A stretch of 64,000 nucleotides of DNA from Vitrella brassicaformis CCMP3155 (taxonomy: Eukaryota; Protista; Chromerida). Both the position numbers and the translations under genes were made by a program. Location: the NCBI GenBank assembly GCA_001179505.1, contig CDMY01000366.1, positions 1 through 64,000 on the forward strand, read 5' to 3'. Below are positions 13,185-28,100 of the stretch, piece by piece (the first letter of the stretch is position 1; each line of letters begins with the position of its first letter). Below the pieces are notes generated by a model. The model searched no databases. It was given only the letters and a program-made list of their open reading frames with translations, and was not told the origin of the DNA.

Positions 13185-15886
13185 TTACCCACCATGCCGC
13201 ACAAACACCTGTCTGTCTGCCTGCGGGCCACGTGGCCGCGTGACGAGCCACACAACAAGTGGCCCAGCCGCGGCGCCACTCTCCCAGCCAAGCCAAAAGG
13301 ACCGTTGCACCCTGCCACCACCGCCTGTGTGAGTGGGCGACTCTTTGCCTGTCTGTCTGTCTGTCTGCCGACACAGTGGGCACTCGGGCGGGTTCAGGTT
13401 CTGTGCATACTGCAGGCCGACGCAGAAGTGGCCGCACGGCTGCAGCACCACCGACCTCTCCGTCTCCTGGCACACTTGACACTCGGTGGCCTCCTCTCGA
13501 GCCCTCTGGTTGCTCTGCTGCATCTCCTGCCGCATTTGCTGGCGAAGCTCTGCTGGGCGGCCTGCTGAGCCCGCCGCTCGAGTGACTGCAGCTGGGGCAG
13601 CTCTGTGGTGGTGGGTGCCATCTGGCGGTCCGTTAGCTGTATGGCAAAGCCGTGAACTGGTCCGCAGTGGTCAGACCATCAAAGATCTCAGTCAAGCTGA
13701 ATGAATGACACAAACATTAGTTACATCACATCAAAGGACACCCACCAGTGTTTGTTTCCTCTATCTGTGAAAGTGGGTACTGACCTGTCAATGTGGATGC
13801 TCCGCAGCTGTCGCATGTCGGCCTGCAGTGCGTCAATACTCACTCGTTCGGAGGCTGTGTCACACGGAGATGAGATTTTAAACAATGGCGTGTGTCGTCT
13901 GCATACGTGGCGACCTCCTGTGTGAGCGATGTGTTCTGCCGTTTGAGTGTCGCCTCCCTCACACCAGCAGCCTGAGACCCAGTGAGATGAGCAAACAACA
14001 AGCGCACAACTTTGATTGAGTCTCATTTATTACGTGGCTGATGAGTGAGAGCTTGTGAATGCCTCACCTCTTGTGTCTGTCGAGGTGGTGTTGGAGCTGG
14101 CCCATCTCGGCCTCCTTCTGCTCTGCTCACGGAGGGACCTCTCGCGATCGATGTCACTGAACACGTACGCAGACACACCATGCACCGTGTGTGTGTGCGT
14201 ACATACACACCTGGTAAGCCGCTGGTGTTGTTGGCTGAGCTGCTGACGGTAAGCTTCATTGGCCTTCTTCATATCAGGCTGGAGCCGCTCGTTGGCCGCC
14301 AGAGTGTCGGCGACGGTCTGCTCGCCCGGCAACTGAACCTCACGCAACCTACACACAAGCACACCACATGGTGGACGCACCGATGCGGCGACGTGATAGT
14401 GTACCGATCGCTCTCTTGACGGGCGGAGAAGGTATCTTGGCGAGCGGCGAGAGTCTCCTGAAGGGCCGCCTCCCTCTGCACCGACTCATGTCTGCCGTCG
14501 GACACCACAACCCACGGCAATGCGTGAGCTCCCTTCTCACTCCCTCCTCCCCTGACCTGCCCTCCTCCCCTTGCCCCCTTGCCTCCCTGGCCCCCTCTCC
14601 CGCTGCCTCCCTCTCATCCTCATCTGGCCACCACCACCAGAGTCGCTGGGGCCATGCAGTCGCCCCACATCGAGAGAAGCCAACATAGCTGACACACCCT
14701 GAATACACCAAAGCAAGAGAAGAATGTTCACTATCGCATCCGCCGCCCGTGCAAAGTGAACAAAGCATACAAGTGCGCACGACCCCCCACTCTGCCTCTC
14801 CTTTCTCGCGGTCATCCTGTGGAAACTGCTGGAGTTTGGCCCCTGTATCAGCCTGGCGCTCCCGATCCTCCTCGTCTTCGTCGTTTCGGTGAGCGCGTCT
14901 GCCTGCTCAACGTTGCCTGCTGGCCCTGCCGGACGCAGCTCATCATCCACTTGCACGACATCATCACTGGGCGCAAATGCACAGAGAGGCAATCACAGGG
15001 GGCTATCCATGGAATGGATGGATGAGGTTGTGTGCGGTCACTTACAGCCTTTCTCCAGTCGCCCGTTCCTGAGCAGGGCCGTCATTTCGGTGTGTCTCCT
15101 GGAGGAGGCATGAACAGAGAGAGCGTCATTTCAATAAATGCAATTCAATTACGAGTGTCAGCAGAATACAATCCACACGCAGCAGGATTCATACACAGAC
15201 TAAGCTGGGAGTGTGTTAACACATAGAATACATACATAACACTGACTGGTGTCCAGCATGAAACAAGTCAACTGGCCAAGTCCACTGTCTGTTGTGCATT
15301 ACGAGCGCTCCTGACACAGGCAGACACGGACAGACAACGACAGGCAAATAGAAGAAGACACATAAGAGGCAACACGTCTGACTGCTGTTTGTTGATACCT
15401 GTGTATGGGGTTGCGGTAACAGCACTGACGCAAAGGCGCTTATGCCCCAGCACAGGATTCCAAAGCCGCCCAGAAATATTCCAGTATCAACGGCATGAGC
15501 GAGGGCCGCCGTCTGTGGGCGGTCCTGTTCTCCCAGTCTAGACCTGATCATCCCTGATGGAAGGATGGCACACAAGAAGCGTCCCCCTTTCCCTAAGCCT
15601 GCCTTCATTGACTCCTTCCTCCCTCCAAGCCAGACTCTGCTTCTCTCTCCCTTCCTTGCTTACAAGTGGGGTATCGGAGCGTGAGCTTGGCATCCGAAGG
15701 GACCTCATCGAACTGACGATAACACCGTCCAGGCCAATCACGTCGGTCGAGGTCCCACCACTTCGTCCAAGGGCCGCCGTTCTCGCACGCTGCTGGCTTG
15801 TCCGACGCGGACAGGAGGCCCGTGTACTCCTTCACCGACTTGATGCACTTCCCGTCCACCCACACACTCTTCGAAGCCTCACTCAT
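13185..15886 (-). CDS. Multi-exon coiled-coil protein with a C-terminal degenerate C3HC4_3-type (IAP/MDM2-like) RING finger
   Basis: Exon encodes ELRQQMRQEMQQSNQRAREEATECQVCQETERSVVLQPCGHFCVGLQYAQNLNPPECPLCR. Upstream coiled-coil exons (TLAANERLQPDMKKANEAYRQQL; IDALQADMRQLR). The start (MSEASKSVW.. at 15886) and final exon are uncertain. Confidence 0.55.
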
Positions 15887-16161
15887 GCCAAGATCGTCGC
15901 TTCGTGCATGGGCTGATGCGGTCGTGTGGGTGGAAGTGTCCACCGTGGTGAGGTGGGAAGACAGTTTGCGCCGCAGCGCCTGGGTCAGATAAACACTTCT
16001 AAGCTCGCAAAGTGTCGAGCGCGGGGCAAGGATCTTGCGGTGAGTGGAGATCTTCCTCAAGACTGCATAGCGGCACGTTAGGCATGGGATCTCATGGATG
16101 AGATCATGGATTCATTCATTCGTCATCCACCGGAGCTGCTGGCGGTGTGAGTTTCATCCAT

Positions 16162-19100
16162 ATGGACTACATCGAGCGCAGCATCGTCAACAAGCTGCAA
16201 GGCAAGACAAACGCGCAGGCTCTCCATTGGTATCTATGATCATGCCTCTGCCTGTGTGTGTACGCAGATTATCTTGGAGGTTATCTTCACGTTCGTCCGG
16301 AGCATGTTCGTGCGTCGATATTGGCGGGTCGTCTGGACCTGCAGAACGTGCCGGTCCGTCGTGAGGCCTTCAACAACCTCAATTTGCCCGTTGATCTGCT
16401 GTTCGGGCACATCGGCAGGTGCCAGGTGATCCTGCCCTTCTCATTCGGCCAGATCTGGTCATGGGTCTACGGCGGCGGCAAGGGGCAGGGCACCAAGAAG
16501 CTCAAAATACTCCTCGACAGACTCTTCATCGTACTCGGTAGGTAACCAATGGATCCGTGGATGGATGGGCAGACGGACGCATTATTGGATTGGTGCGAGA
16601 CTGAGTGGTGGTATAAACCCTCCCTCTCACACACTCTCTCTCTCTCTCTCTCTGTGCGTGTGTGTGTGTGTGCAGGTCCCCGTGAGATGTCTGATTGGTC
16701 TGATGAGGGTGTGATGCGTCGTCTGAAGCTGAAGCGTCAGCGTATCCTGGACAAGTGGGACATGCAGCTGCTGTCCGAGGTGGACCTGTCAGACACAGAC
16801 CCGTCAGCATCATCCGCCCCACCACCGCCATTCAAGTCCAGGGCACCCCAGCCCGGCGGCTGGCGGGAGAGGCTCAAGGCGGGGCTCATGGCCAGGCTCA
16901 AGGAGGGCATGGAGATACAGATCAACAACATACACATACGATATGAAGACAAAACCTCTTCACCCGGCGGACCCTTCTCATGCGGGGTGACCCTCTTGGC
17001 CCTCAGGATGCTACCCACCGACTCCGACGCCAACATGCCGCAGGAAGGGCAACGAAGCAGTAGCCAGGTCGCGGCAGGGGAAGGGCCACCACCCTTACCT
17101 TCAGCCACTCCTGACATTGACGATAATGTCGCTTGTGAGTCGGCATCTGCGGTGCCCTCCCCTCCCTCGAGCTCGCCTCGGTCATCGATAGCGCTGATAG
17201 GCCAGGCCGGCGCCCCCGCCCCACCCCTCTCTGTGCAGTACCCATCGTCGCCACCCAAGAAGCTCACTATGAACAACCTGGCCTTCTACTGGAACCACAA
17301 CGACAGTGATCTGCGGTTCACGGACCACACTGTGGGGCTGCCAGAAGTGTCCTCGTCCTCATACCTCTCACAGCTGCCTCACACCGATGCCAGCCCACGG
17401 ACCGGCAGGCGTGCCCAAGACGCCGCCAAGAAGCCCCCCGATAGGCCGCCCGTCGCGTCGGACCCACAGGCGTTCCTCCTGGCCTACATGATCGACCAAG
17501 CGGAGCCCCAGCCCGGGATGGAGGCCCTTGCAGTCAGCTGCCAGCACGTCCTCTACCCCGCATCGGGGATGCTATCACTCACGCAGAACGACACTTCCAA
17601 TGCTGTGGCCGCCAACATGAGTGCATCGGAGGCGTCACCGACTCCCGCGGTTGCAGTGCGGCCGTCGTCCCCCCCACAGCCACATCCGTCATCTTCCTTC
17701 CCCGACCTCCAGTCGGGTGCCGCGATACAGAGCGGCGCCGCCACAGTGCCGTCACAGTATGTCGTCGACTGCAACCTGCAGAGCATCGAGTTCTACTGCG
17801 ATAAGGACATCTTCAGGTCACACACACTCAAACACACACACACTGCTGACACACACATATACGACTCGTGGCTGGCTGTGTTGCTTGTGCCCCTGGATGC
17901 GTGTGTGTTTTGTGTATGTCAGGGATGGGATGTCTCTGCTGGACTTGTTCGGTGATTACAACAACTTTGTGCAGGTCATCAATGACCGTATGGAGCTCTA
18001 CTACCCCTACCGGCCGACCGTGCCCATCAAAGGCAACGCATACACCTGGTGGAGGTGCGGTGCACCTACACACAGAGAGATCACAGCCACACACGAATGC
18101 ACACCACACCCCGCCCCGCCTCACACTCATATTGTACTCCACATACGTACGTCTCAGTGGACTTTCCCTGCACCGACATATATCTGTATACATACACATA
18201 TACCTCGTACGTACTGTACAGTATGTATGTATCTCTATTGGACTGACTTGGATGCATTCAGGCAGACAGAATGTGGACGGGCGGACGCATGCAAACCTGC
18301 GTGCGGGTGTGTGTGTGAGAGAGAATGTCTGATCTGGTGTGTGTATAGGTACGCGATAGGATGTGTGCGTCGGAGTCTGCAGCAGTCTTTGCAGTCGCGG
18401 CCCATCCTGCACGACATGTGGTATGAAGAACACGTCAAGGTGCGCTGTGACCCACAGGCGGGAAGGCAGGCAGGCAGGCAGGCAGAGAGACAGACAGCAC
18501 GGCATTTAGCGGCCTCCAGAAATCCGCACATGGATACATGCAAGGGTGCATTGCATCCATCCATTGATCCATCCATGGTACGTATATGTATACAGTTGGA
18601 GCGTGTCGAGTCGCTGACGCGGGAGTACCGTGGGTTGCTCGAGAAGGTGCTCGACAACGCACGAGTCAGTGAGGACGACAAGAGCAGGCTGGAGGACCTC
18701 AAGGGCACCATTCCACAGACAGACCTCGTCAGGCAAGCACCGAAGGAAGGAAGGCTCATAAATGGATGTATCCGTCAATACACACACTTATCGCTGGATG
18801 GCTGCAGGTGTCATGTTGAAACCAAACGAGACTTCCAGATCAGGAAACACGTCCAACGACAGGTCAGCGGCTACCGCGCACACACACACGTACACGCTGA
18901 AGATGCCAGACACCGTCCTGTTTGTATCGTCCTGTGTGTGTGTGTGTGTACAGGTGCAAAGTGCTCAGCCGGTCCAGCGTGTGGGCTGGAGAGGGTGGCT
19001 GATAAAGGTCATGACGGGGACATCTGCATCGGCCGCCTCTGCCCGTGGTGGTGTCGCCCCCCAGCGGCATGCAACCCCCCTCTCGTCGGTGTCGCTGGCG

Positions 19101-22100
19101 GTGCTGCAAGACGTGGAGCGTGTCAAGGCCGCACAGACACGGAGGCAGACGGACGACAGCTGCGGTCGCACACTTGGTGCGGAGGGAGGTGGGGATCACG
19201 ATCACGACGAGGAGGAGCAGGTTGAGTTCTACGACCCAGATAATGCACCACCCGAGCCTAAAGAGGTAGGTAGGAAGGAAGCGGTGTTGAAGCGACGGAC
19301 GGACAGACGGACGACTTCCTTGGCTGACAGACAGACAGACAGACAGACTCACAGACGTGTGGCCACAGCGTCCCTGTGACAACACGTGCATACGGAGTGG
19401 ATGCGCGTCTGTATGCATGTGTCTAACTCCTGTTTTTCCCTGTGTGTGTCGACGCACCCGCCAGGTCGATGTGGACTTCCAGGATGTTGAGGAGTGGAGT
19501 GAGGAGAAGGCTCAAGTACCCCACAGCTGCAGCGGGGAGGCCGTGGGACACGAGGCTTTGGCGTCCGGCGAGCCAACCCCTTCAGGAGATGCCGATAGTG
19601 CCAGCGGGGGCGTGGCCATGGTATTGCTGGAAGGCGATGCAGAGGAGATGGCCCTCAAGGGCATCGAGGCCCCACTCCTGGACTTCACAGTGCGGCTGGA
19701 ACGAGCCGCTGTCAACCTGCAGGTGGGTGGGTTGGGCAGGGAGAGGAGGGACGGGACGGGAGGGGTGGACAAGAATGGATGGATGGATGAATGAGTGCAA
19801 GACATAATGCCGCCCGGAGAGGGGGGCAAGTATTCCATCTGTGTGTGGTTTGGCTTATGTTGTGTGTCCCTCCCTCGCTCTCTCCCTGCAGAGTTCACGT
19901 GACGTCACCGGGACGGCGTTGCAAATAGCTGTTGGGCTTCGTGTGGCGGACAGTGTGACTGTGACGGCTGATATCAAGGATGTCAGGATGGAGGCGGCAC
20001 CCATGCACATCATCTACAGGTCAGTCAGTCAGGTGCGCCGTCGGTCGACACACACACACACACTGTCTGTCTGTCTGTCTGTTTCCCTGTCTGTCTGTTT
20101 GTGTATGTGCATGCACTGATTGATTCAGGGAGGAGATGTGCGAGAGAAGTCTGCTGTCGGCGAGCTTCACAACGAAGTCCCACGACTCAGGCGCTCCAGA
20201 GCTCATGGTCAGTCAGCAACACGCCAACAGACATGCGAATGAATGAGACGTATGTATAGCATACAAACCCGTGGGGTGCGTGTGTGTGTGCGTGTAGTTG
20301 GAGATGCAGAATTTCGTCTTGAATTACCAGCCTGATGTAGTGGCTGACCTAATGCTCTTCTTCCGGCCGTCCGAAGCCAGCAAACATCACCGCAAGGAAG
20401 AGGCAGGCCACGGGAGAGTACAAAGGTGACTGACCCAACGGCATGGCATGAATGAGTGTCACTTGATGACGCTGGCTGCTCCCATCCCTGCCTCCCTGCC
20501 TCCCTGCCTGCCCGCCCGCCCGCTCGCGTGCTCGTTTGTGTGCATCATTGGGGTGTGTGTGACTCAGGTTGGTAGGTCTGAAGCACCTTGCCGAGAAGCA
20601 CGCCCTGCAGTTCAATGCCTTCACTGCTTTGCGGGTGTGCGTGGACATCATGGCGCCCACCATCCTGCTGCCATCCACCCTCGGCCCCTTCGCAAAGATC
20701 CTCCTCGTACACCTGGGAACTCTTCAAGTACGGAATACGGGACGGGACGGCCGGGGACTCATGCACGGATGGCTGGCTGGATGGATGGATGGATGCGTCT
20801 GTTGTGTCCTTGTTTGTGTGTCAGGTTCGGTCTGAGGACATTGACATTGAAGCGACCAAGGACAAGGACAGGTCGCAACGAGACACATCCGTCGACATCT
20901 CGGTAGGGACCGGACGGGTGCCATGCAGTGTAGACAAGAGGCAGGCAGGCAGGCAGGAAGGGAGCGAAGGAGGGAGGGAGGGATCAGATCGGTCTTTGGT
21001 GAACCCCTCTCCCTCCCCATGCCATGGCTGTGTGTCTGTGTGATGCTTGCTTGGTTGCTGTCTGCGTGCGTACGTGCAGTATCTTCAGTGGCAGCGGTAT
21101 GCGGTGACCCTCCGTGATTTGCATGTGGAGCACTATCCAAACCTGGCCGCGGCAACCGCATGCAGTAACAGACTCGGCCAGTGCTTCTGCATCCTCGACA
21201 GATTCGCCATCCAGGTCGATCCGCACCCACGACGGACTGCACGGGGAGGCAGGCCTCTCACGTGGGTGCATTCATTTGTCCGGTCTTGTTGGATGTGTCA
21301 TTCATTCCTGCACGCAACACAATGCAATGCAGGTCAAGGGGGACTTCATCACCTACAAGGAGCTCAAGTACGACGGATACGATGGCCCTGGCCCCCATTA
21401 TTCCGACATCACTGGTGGGGAGCGCCACACCCACCCAGCGCCTCCCACTGCCGGACTTCAAGAGGATGACGACTACTCTGGAGGCGGCCTTGAGGGACCA
21501 CCAGGCCCGGCATCCGCCAGGCTATCGCCGGACCGCGGTGCCGGTGGGGAGGTGGATGCTTCGAGGAAGGGCTCCCATCTTGCCAGCCTGACGGCCGTGA
21601 CAGCCTTCTTCCTGACCCTCGGCAAGGCGCGAGAGCAGGCACAGAAACTCACGAGTGAAAAGACTGAGGTATTCACCAAACTGGAAGTCTACGGAGACCT
21701 GCCGGAGCTCAGTCTGGCACTGTCGAGGCACTCGTATGACACCCTCATCAGGTGAGTCAACAGACAGCACAGGCCAAGCAGCACACCACTAGCGTACACG
21801 CTTCGTCGCCGTAAGTTATGCCGCAAGCTGATGCACTCACTCACCCTTATTTACGACGCACCTTAGGGTGATCCGTTTGCTGCTGACTCCCCATTCGGAG
21901 CTGGTGACAGCCAAGAAGAAAAGTAAGTAATGCTTGAAGGGTCCATCAAACCAGGCATAGCCTTGAAGTGGTGTCTGCAATGAATGGCCTGCCTCAGGCA
22001 CATCATCTTTCGGCACGCGTCGCTCTACACAAGAGTTCGAGGTCAAGCGCAAGACGGTCGTCCCAATCCGTCTGGGGTCCACAGCAGTACCTTCGGGACA

Positions 22101-25100
22101 GAGGAAGCAGGATCTGCACCATCCCTCGGCTGGCGTGCCTCCGTCCCCTGGCAGCATGAGTGGTGCGACGGCCATCCTCTCGTCAAGGCCCGCCTCTGCC
22201 ACAAGGCGGCCTACAGGAGTGCTGCTGCGGCCACCCTCACCCAACAAGTCTGAGGGGACGACCAGCCAGGAGGACGGCAAGTCGGGTGGAAGCAGCGCAT
22301 TCAGAGATACCTTGCCCATATCCGAGGACCAGCTCCGAAGGGACCCTCAGGTGCGGGTCGTCGTGTCGCTCCCATTGGTCCGCTTTCGCTTCTACTGCCT
22401 GCCCCCACACGTCTCTGAGTACGTGCACGTGGAGTCGCCCCACGGTCAGGCCGGGGCTGACTACATCGAGCTCCTGACTCACCGGATGGTCCTCGAGGCC
22501 CGTCTCAAGCCCTTCGCGACCGAATTCCACTTCTCGGTCCACGAAGTGATTGTACACCGGCCTATCTTCCCCGAGACCCATCAGGACCGCTACATCATCA
22601 AAAGCACATCGACCCAAGACACAGAGATGGCCCTGGTGGCGGGGTTCGCAGAGCGGCACCTCATCTCCCTCGCCATCTTCATGTCTGCACACCCTTGGGC
22701 AATCCAGGTGGGCCTTGCCAGGGCAGCGCTGAGTGGGTGGGTAAGACCAGGGGTGGCCTTCACTGTTGCTGCGTGTCTCTATCCATTGCGCCCATTGATT
22801 GCAGCAATTGGGCGAGGGTTCGCGGATCCTGGCGGACCTTCAGTTTCAGCGATGTATCGAGGTGTTCTGGGCTCCGATGGCCATACGGGAGCTGGTGAAG
22901 TTTGTCAAGGCCATCCCTCCCGCACCAAAGAGGGCCCCGGCCCGCCAGCCATCCCTGCCCCTGCCCACGGACACATCCATGGACGAGGCGGCGCGGCCCC
23001 AACCGAGCATGATGCATCGCATGGCCACCGTCATGATGGGAATGACGCGTGGCCAGACATTGCATGAGGGGCGGCTGTCACCAACATCCCGGAGAGAAAG
23101 GCCTGTGTCATCAGTCAACAGCCCCGCCCACGGCGAGCGGGAGGATGACGAGGACGGAGAGGATGATTGGGAGGTCGACGAGGATGCCTGCCTGAACCTG
23201 CGGGTCAAGATGTTCATGCAGTCCATCAGCCTCGTGTGGGTGGAGGAGGCCACAGGGCTGCACTTCGCCAAGTCCGAGATGAAGACGTCCACCCTTCGCT
23301 TCGATCTGGGCATGACGGGCATGGATTTTCAGGGCGAGCTCAACAACTTCACTGTGGAAGACCTCTCGTCTGCCCACCGCCCTACCATCCTGGGCGTCAA
23401 GAAGGACCAGGAGTACATCCTCGCCGTCCATGTCCGATCCTTTGACGAGACCCTGCCCGACTTCCAGCACCATCTCGATGTGGACTTTGCCTTTGCGTCT
23501 ATTGAGTTCGTTTATCTTCAGCAGAAGTTCCTTCGCTTGTGGAGGTGGATCTTCGAGGGCTTCCTTCCCTCATTGACGGCATCGGACTCGTCGGACAGCC
23601 GAACACACAGCGGTGACGACATCAAGGCACCATCTAATGCGAGTTCGGGGTCTCCTTCACCGAATGCGTTTCGTATCCTCAAGGCGGCAGCCGGGAACGT
23701 CGGCAGTGTGGTGGCCTCCGACGAATGCGAGGACGGACCTGACGAGACATCGATCAATGTCGCTGCTGAGAGTCCCTTGCGCAGCCCTGTGAGTCAAGTC
23801 AGTCGTGAAAGGAGAGAGGACATGTCTGCTTCACTCTTTCCGCCGCCGAAGCCGCCTGTCTCTCCATCGGTTCCCCAAGGCGACTCGTCCACTGGAGTGA
23901 CGTTTGTTCGCCCTGAGGCAAGCACAGACCGCGCGGACTCTCTGGACGACGCACCGGAAGAGGGACAGACACAACGCAGGCCGCAGGATGACGCCCGAGA
24001 AGGACACGAACGCACGTTGACGGGTAAGTTGGCACGCCACTTCGGTGGATGTACTGCACATGCTGGGTGGATGTGGGTGTGTACGCAGATGCTGCTGATG
24101 GTGCACACGATGACGCAGCGGTTGAGGGCATGGTGAGCCCAGGGCTGACCAAGATACGCGACCTGAAGAGGGAAGCGCAGCGCAAGTGCAAGGCGGTGAT
24201 AGCAAGCGACGATTTCCGTCTGCTAAACATCCATGTGCGGATCGAGCGGCCGATTGTGCGGATACCGAGGGTGACAGGTTCTAAGGAGGAGCTCCACCTG
24301 TTGGTCCGAGAGGTAGTCGTCAGCAACGCGCCACTCGTGTCAGAGCACTTCGGCGTCCAAGATGTGATTGGGATCGAGATTCGTGACGTTCAAGTCCTTA
24401 CCCACGATGGAGAGACGCTCCTCGGCAACGTCAACATCAAGTGGGACGTCCACAGACCGCTATCAAGTAACGCGCAGACAGGCCGATGAGGCAAGAAAGC
24501 CACCACTGCTTTGGTGTCCGTTGCAGCCACCATGCCACCGGCACCCATGTGGATGGTCTTCACTGTGACTGACATCCCGTTCTTCTTCACATCGCCTCTT
24601 TTCGCGTTCGCGGTGTCCGTCCTCCTGCAAAACATTGTCGGCGATGACCCAGACATCCCCGCACGGCCCTTGTCCCCCCTTGTCTCCCATGTATCACCTC
24701 CGTCGATGCCCACTCGCATCGCGAAAGAGGACCACACAATGCGCCTCCAATTCGTCTTCAACGGGTTGAAGCTATTCCTTCAGAGCCCCCCCAACGGACG
24801 CACGACTACTGATGCGGCGAAGCTGAAGGAAGCACTCTTTACCTTCAGCGCTCTCCACGCCAACCATATCTCAGTGGACATCAATCGCTATTCCACGACC
24901 ACGAGGATCTCGGTCGGCATGAAGAGGGCCCGCCTTATCGACAATGGCGCTGCCGAGCCTTTCCACATCGTCTTGTCGGATCAGCGTGACAAGCTCTTCG
25001 TGGAGTCGTGTTTCCGAAGCGGAGAAGGTGGAGACGTCATGCAGAAACTGAGACATGAGGGGCGTCGGAGCTCCGCTGAGTCCCCAGGCGACGCCAAACT

Positions 25101-28100
25101 GGACGAGTCTCTGCTACTCCGAAAGTCTCAGACTTTGGACGTGCTGAGACGCCAAGATGCCAACGACCTCGACAAGGTGAAAGACGAGATGGATGAAGAG
25201 GATCATCAAGGAGAGGAGGAGCTCCGAGTCGAGTACACTCGGACTCTGCGACACGGCCAGGTACTGTGGAAGTGGTTGTGTTTGCCTGCCTCCAGTGGTA
25301 CACTCTGTGTGTCGACCTCAGAGTTGTAGCGTAGTCATTGACAAGCCTCGGACAATCCTTTCGCTCCCGCTACTGCTGAAGATATGGAAGTTCTTCCAGC
25401 CTCCCACACCTGATCTTCACCATACGCCTCCTGCCTGGTCGAGTTCAGACCCCGAAGGAGTCGAGAGTACGGCTCCAACGTCTCTTCTCCAGAGGACATT
25501 CACGACCAGCACAGCCCACCCTGCCTTCGCCTTTTCCCTCTCATTCGAGGAGTCATGTCTCGTCTTCTGCGAGAAGCCCCCCCAACACCAAGCGACTCAC
25601 AAATCACCTCACGATCAGTCGGCTCGCAAGTCGGACGGCGGAAACGACGAGCCGTCAACACGCATCTTCGTCCTTCAGGGCTCGATGCGGCACAAGCTCG
25701 ATTACTATGGTACGAGCCACAGGCTTCACGTCCTATATCCTGTTCATGTCCTGTGACTGTCAGGTGGTGGACACTTCAACATGTGTCTCGAGCTGTGTGA
25801 TGGAGAGGCATTCTGCTGTGACAGTCTGTCGACTCTGATCGCTATAGAAGCAAGCCGCCGAGCAATGGAAGATCCAGATACGTCAGCGCCCTTCCCATCG
25901 CCGGATGGCTTCTCGTTCATGCGATGGATGCAAGCAAAAGGCGAGAGGTCTATGCGGCATACTCACGATTTATGTAATGGCGCAAGCCTTACCTTCTCTT
26001 GGAGAAACCAGCGGGTTCTGAAGGACGAACACGAGATCCCAAGTGGCCCCTTCCCTCAACCCGACTCGCTCAGCCGTGTGTCACTCGAGGTCCCAAGGTA
26101 TCTTCTCAAGCGCTTCCTTGAGCTCCGCCTGGAGCCGCTGACAATGGAGGTTTCGCTCCAAGACTGCCTACTGCTGCTCAAGTGCTTTCGATGGCAGCTA
26201 AGGTCGCTCGCTGCGCCGAAGTCGCCGCAACAACATCCAGAGACATCAAAGGGCCGTCGTTTCTCATTGCTGGCACCTTTCAGCAAACAAGCGATATCTG
26301 AGGAAGCAACACTTCAAGAAGCGGGCTTATCCTCCTTGCATTCTTCCGTTATTCCTCGCCGAGTGACCGTGCGGGGAAGTGAAGAGCAACTGACTCAGTG
26401 GGAGATGCATCTGCAGAAGCTGGTATGGAAATACACGTGCAGCAATTCCTGCCCACCTTTCTGTTCTCTGTGTCACTGTGGCAGAGCATCATGGCAGTCA
26501 ACGATTTCCCCGGTTTCTCGACTCTCGATGCGCCTTTTCTCGACCTGCAAGCCGGACCAATCCTCCACAAAGGCACAGTTACGAGCGACGGACAGCACTT
26601 CGTGGCGAACGTCGAGCTGAGCGCGTGGTTCTTCAATCCGATGTACAAACGTGCACTTGACTGAGACATGTACTCATTGGGCGCGCACGCGTCCTTGCGT
26701 CCTTGCGTCCTTCCTTGTTTGTCAGAGCTGTCGAGTTCGAGCCCGTTCTGGAAACCTGCAAGCTCGAAATCAATGCGGAGTCGGAATCGATTTCGAGCTG
26801 GCGTCCGTGCGAGGAAGAGTCCGCCAGGGAGACAAGCCCCCCAAAGCTCCGGTGGAAGGTGCAGTGTACTTCATCGAGCGAGCCCTTGAGGCTGAACCTG
26901 TCGAGCGAGCTCTTGCAGACATCAGTGAGATACCTATCTCATTGGGTTGAGGAGTTGAAGGAGACCGGCGTGGAGACTACGCAACAGGCATCAACCGACT
27001 GCCTTGAGGCAATTGAGCCGAACCTGCTCTCCTCGCTGAATCGTGCAGCGACGGCGTCATTCGATGCTGCTCATCTGGTGCTGCAGCGGAAGCTTCACTT
27101 TGCCCCGTTCATGCTGAGAAACGAAACCGGCATGTGTCTGGAGGTCTGCCAGGACAGTTTCGGCGCCAAAGGAACGCGCAGATCAGCGACAACATTCGTG
27201 GAGTCTGGCAAGCTTGCGCGGCTGAAGACAATATGCGTTGGAGTCAAACATCAGGCTGGGCGTAGCGAGACCGTCTCCATACAGGTGCAGCACGATGCAG
27301 ATCCTCAGAGAGATTCCGGCTCAAAATTCAAGTGGAATGTACACGAATTTCCAGGTTGGAGCGACGTCGTCGTCGGAAGGCTTCTCTGGCATGCTTTACC
27401 GCAAGGCGTGCAGGGTACCCATTGAGCGATGCGGCTGTTACGTGTACAACATTTCACTTCCAAACACACGCAGTTCGCCCTCCTTTCAGCGTCACTCACT
27501 CTTTGCCGGACAACCAGAAGGTTTTCAGCCGCCTCCGCCAAGATCCCGCTTCTCTACTGCGTCCCCGCTGCCAGCCTCTCTGCATCCACCGTCACTCTCG
27601 GCCTTCCACGGCTCTGATGACGGGACGACTCCGGTATCGGCTACTGGGACAGAAGGCCAAGGGAGTCATTCTGTCGGAGCCTCGGATCCTGACTACATAG
27701 TCTGCAGAGTTGCTGTCGACGAAGAGACGGGACAGAAAACCTTGTCGGTTCAATCCCAGGTGATGGTCAGGAATGAAACCAACACGTTGATGGCGATTGC
27801 GGTCAATGGAGAAAAGATCGACTACATTGAACTTCGCCCGTCTCACCAGAAGCCAATACCAGTCAACGGTATGAAGAAAACACTGCAGACAGCAACCAGC
27901 TCGACTTGCATGAGTCGGCATGTTCCTCAGCATGCCAAGCTGGTCGAATCGCATTCCGCCCACTAACTGACGACAGCTATGAATGGAGCCGATCTGTGCA
28001 TCTCGAGCGCATCTGGAACGCTCAACGTCGAATCCCTGAAACGGAAGCCCGTGACACGAAAACCGACGGTGCAACCAGGTCGGCATGAATTCTTAACGAG

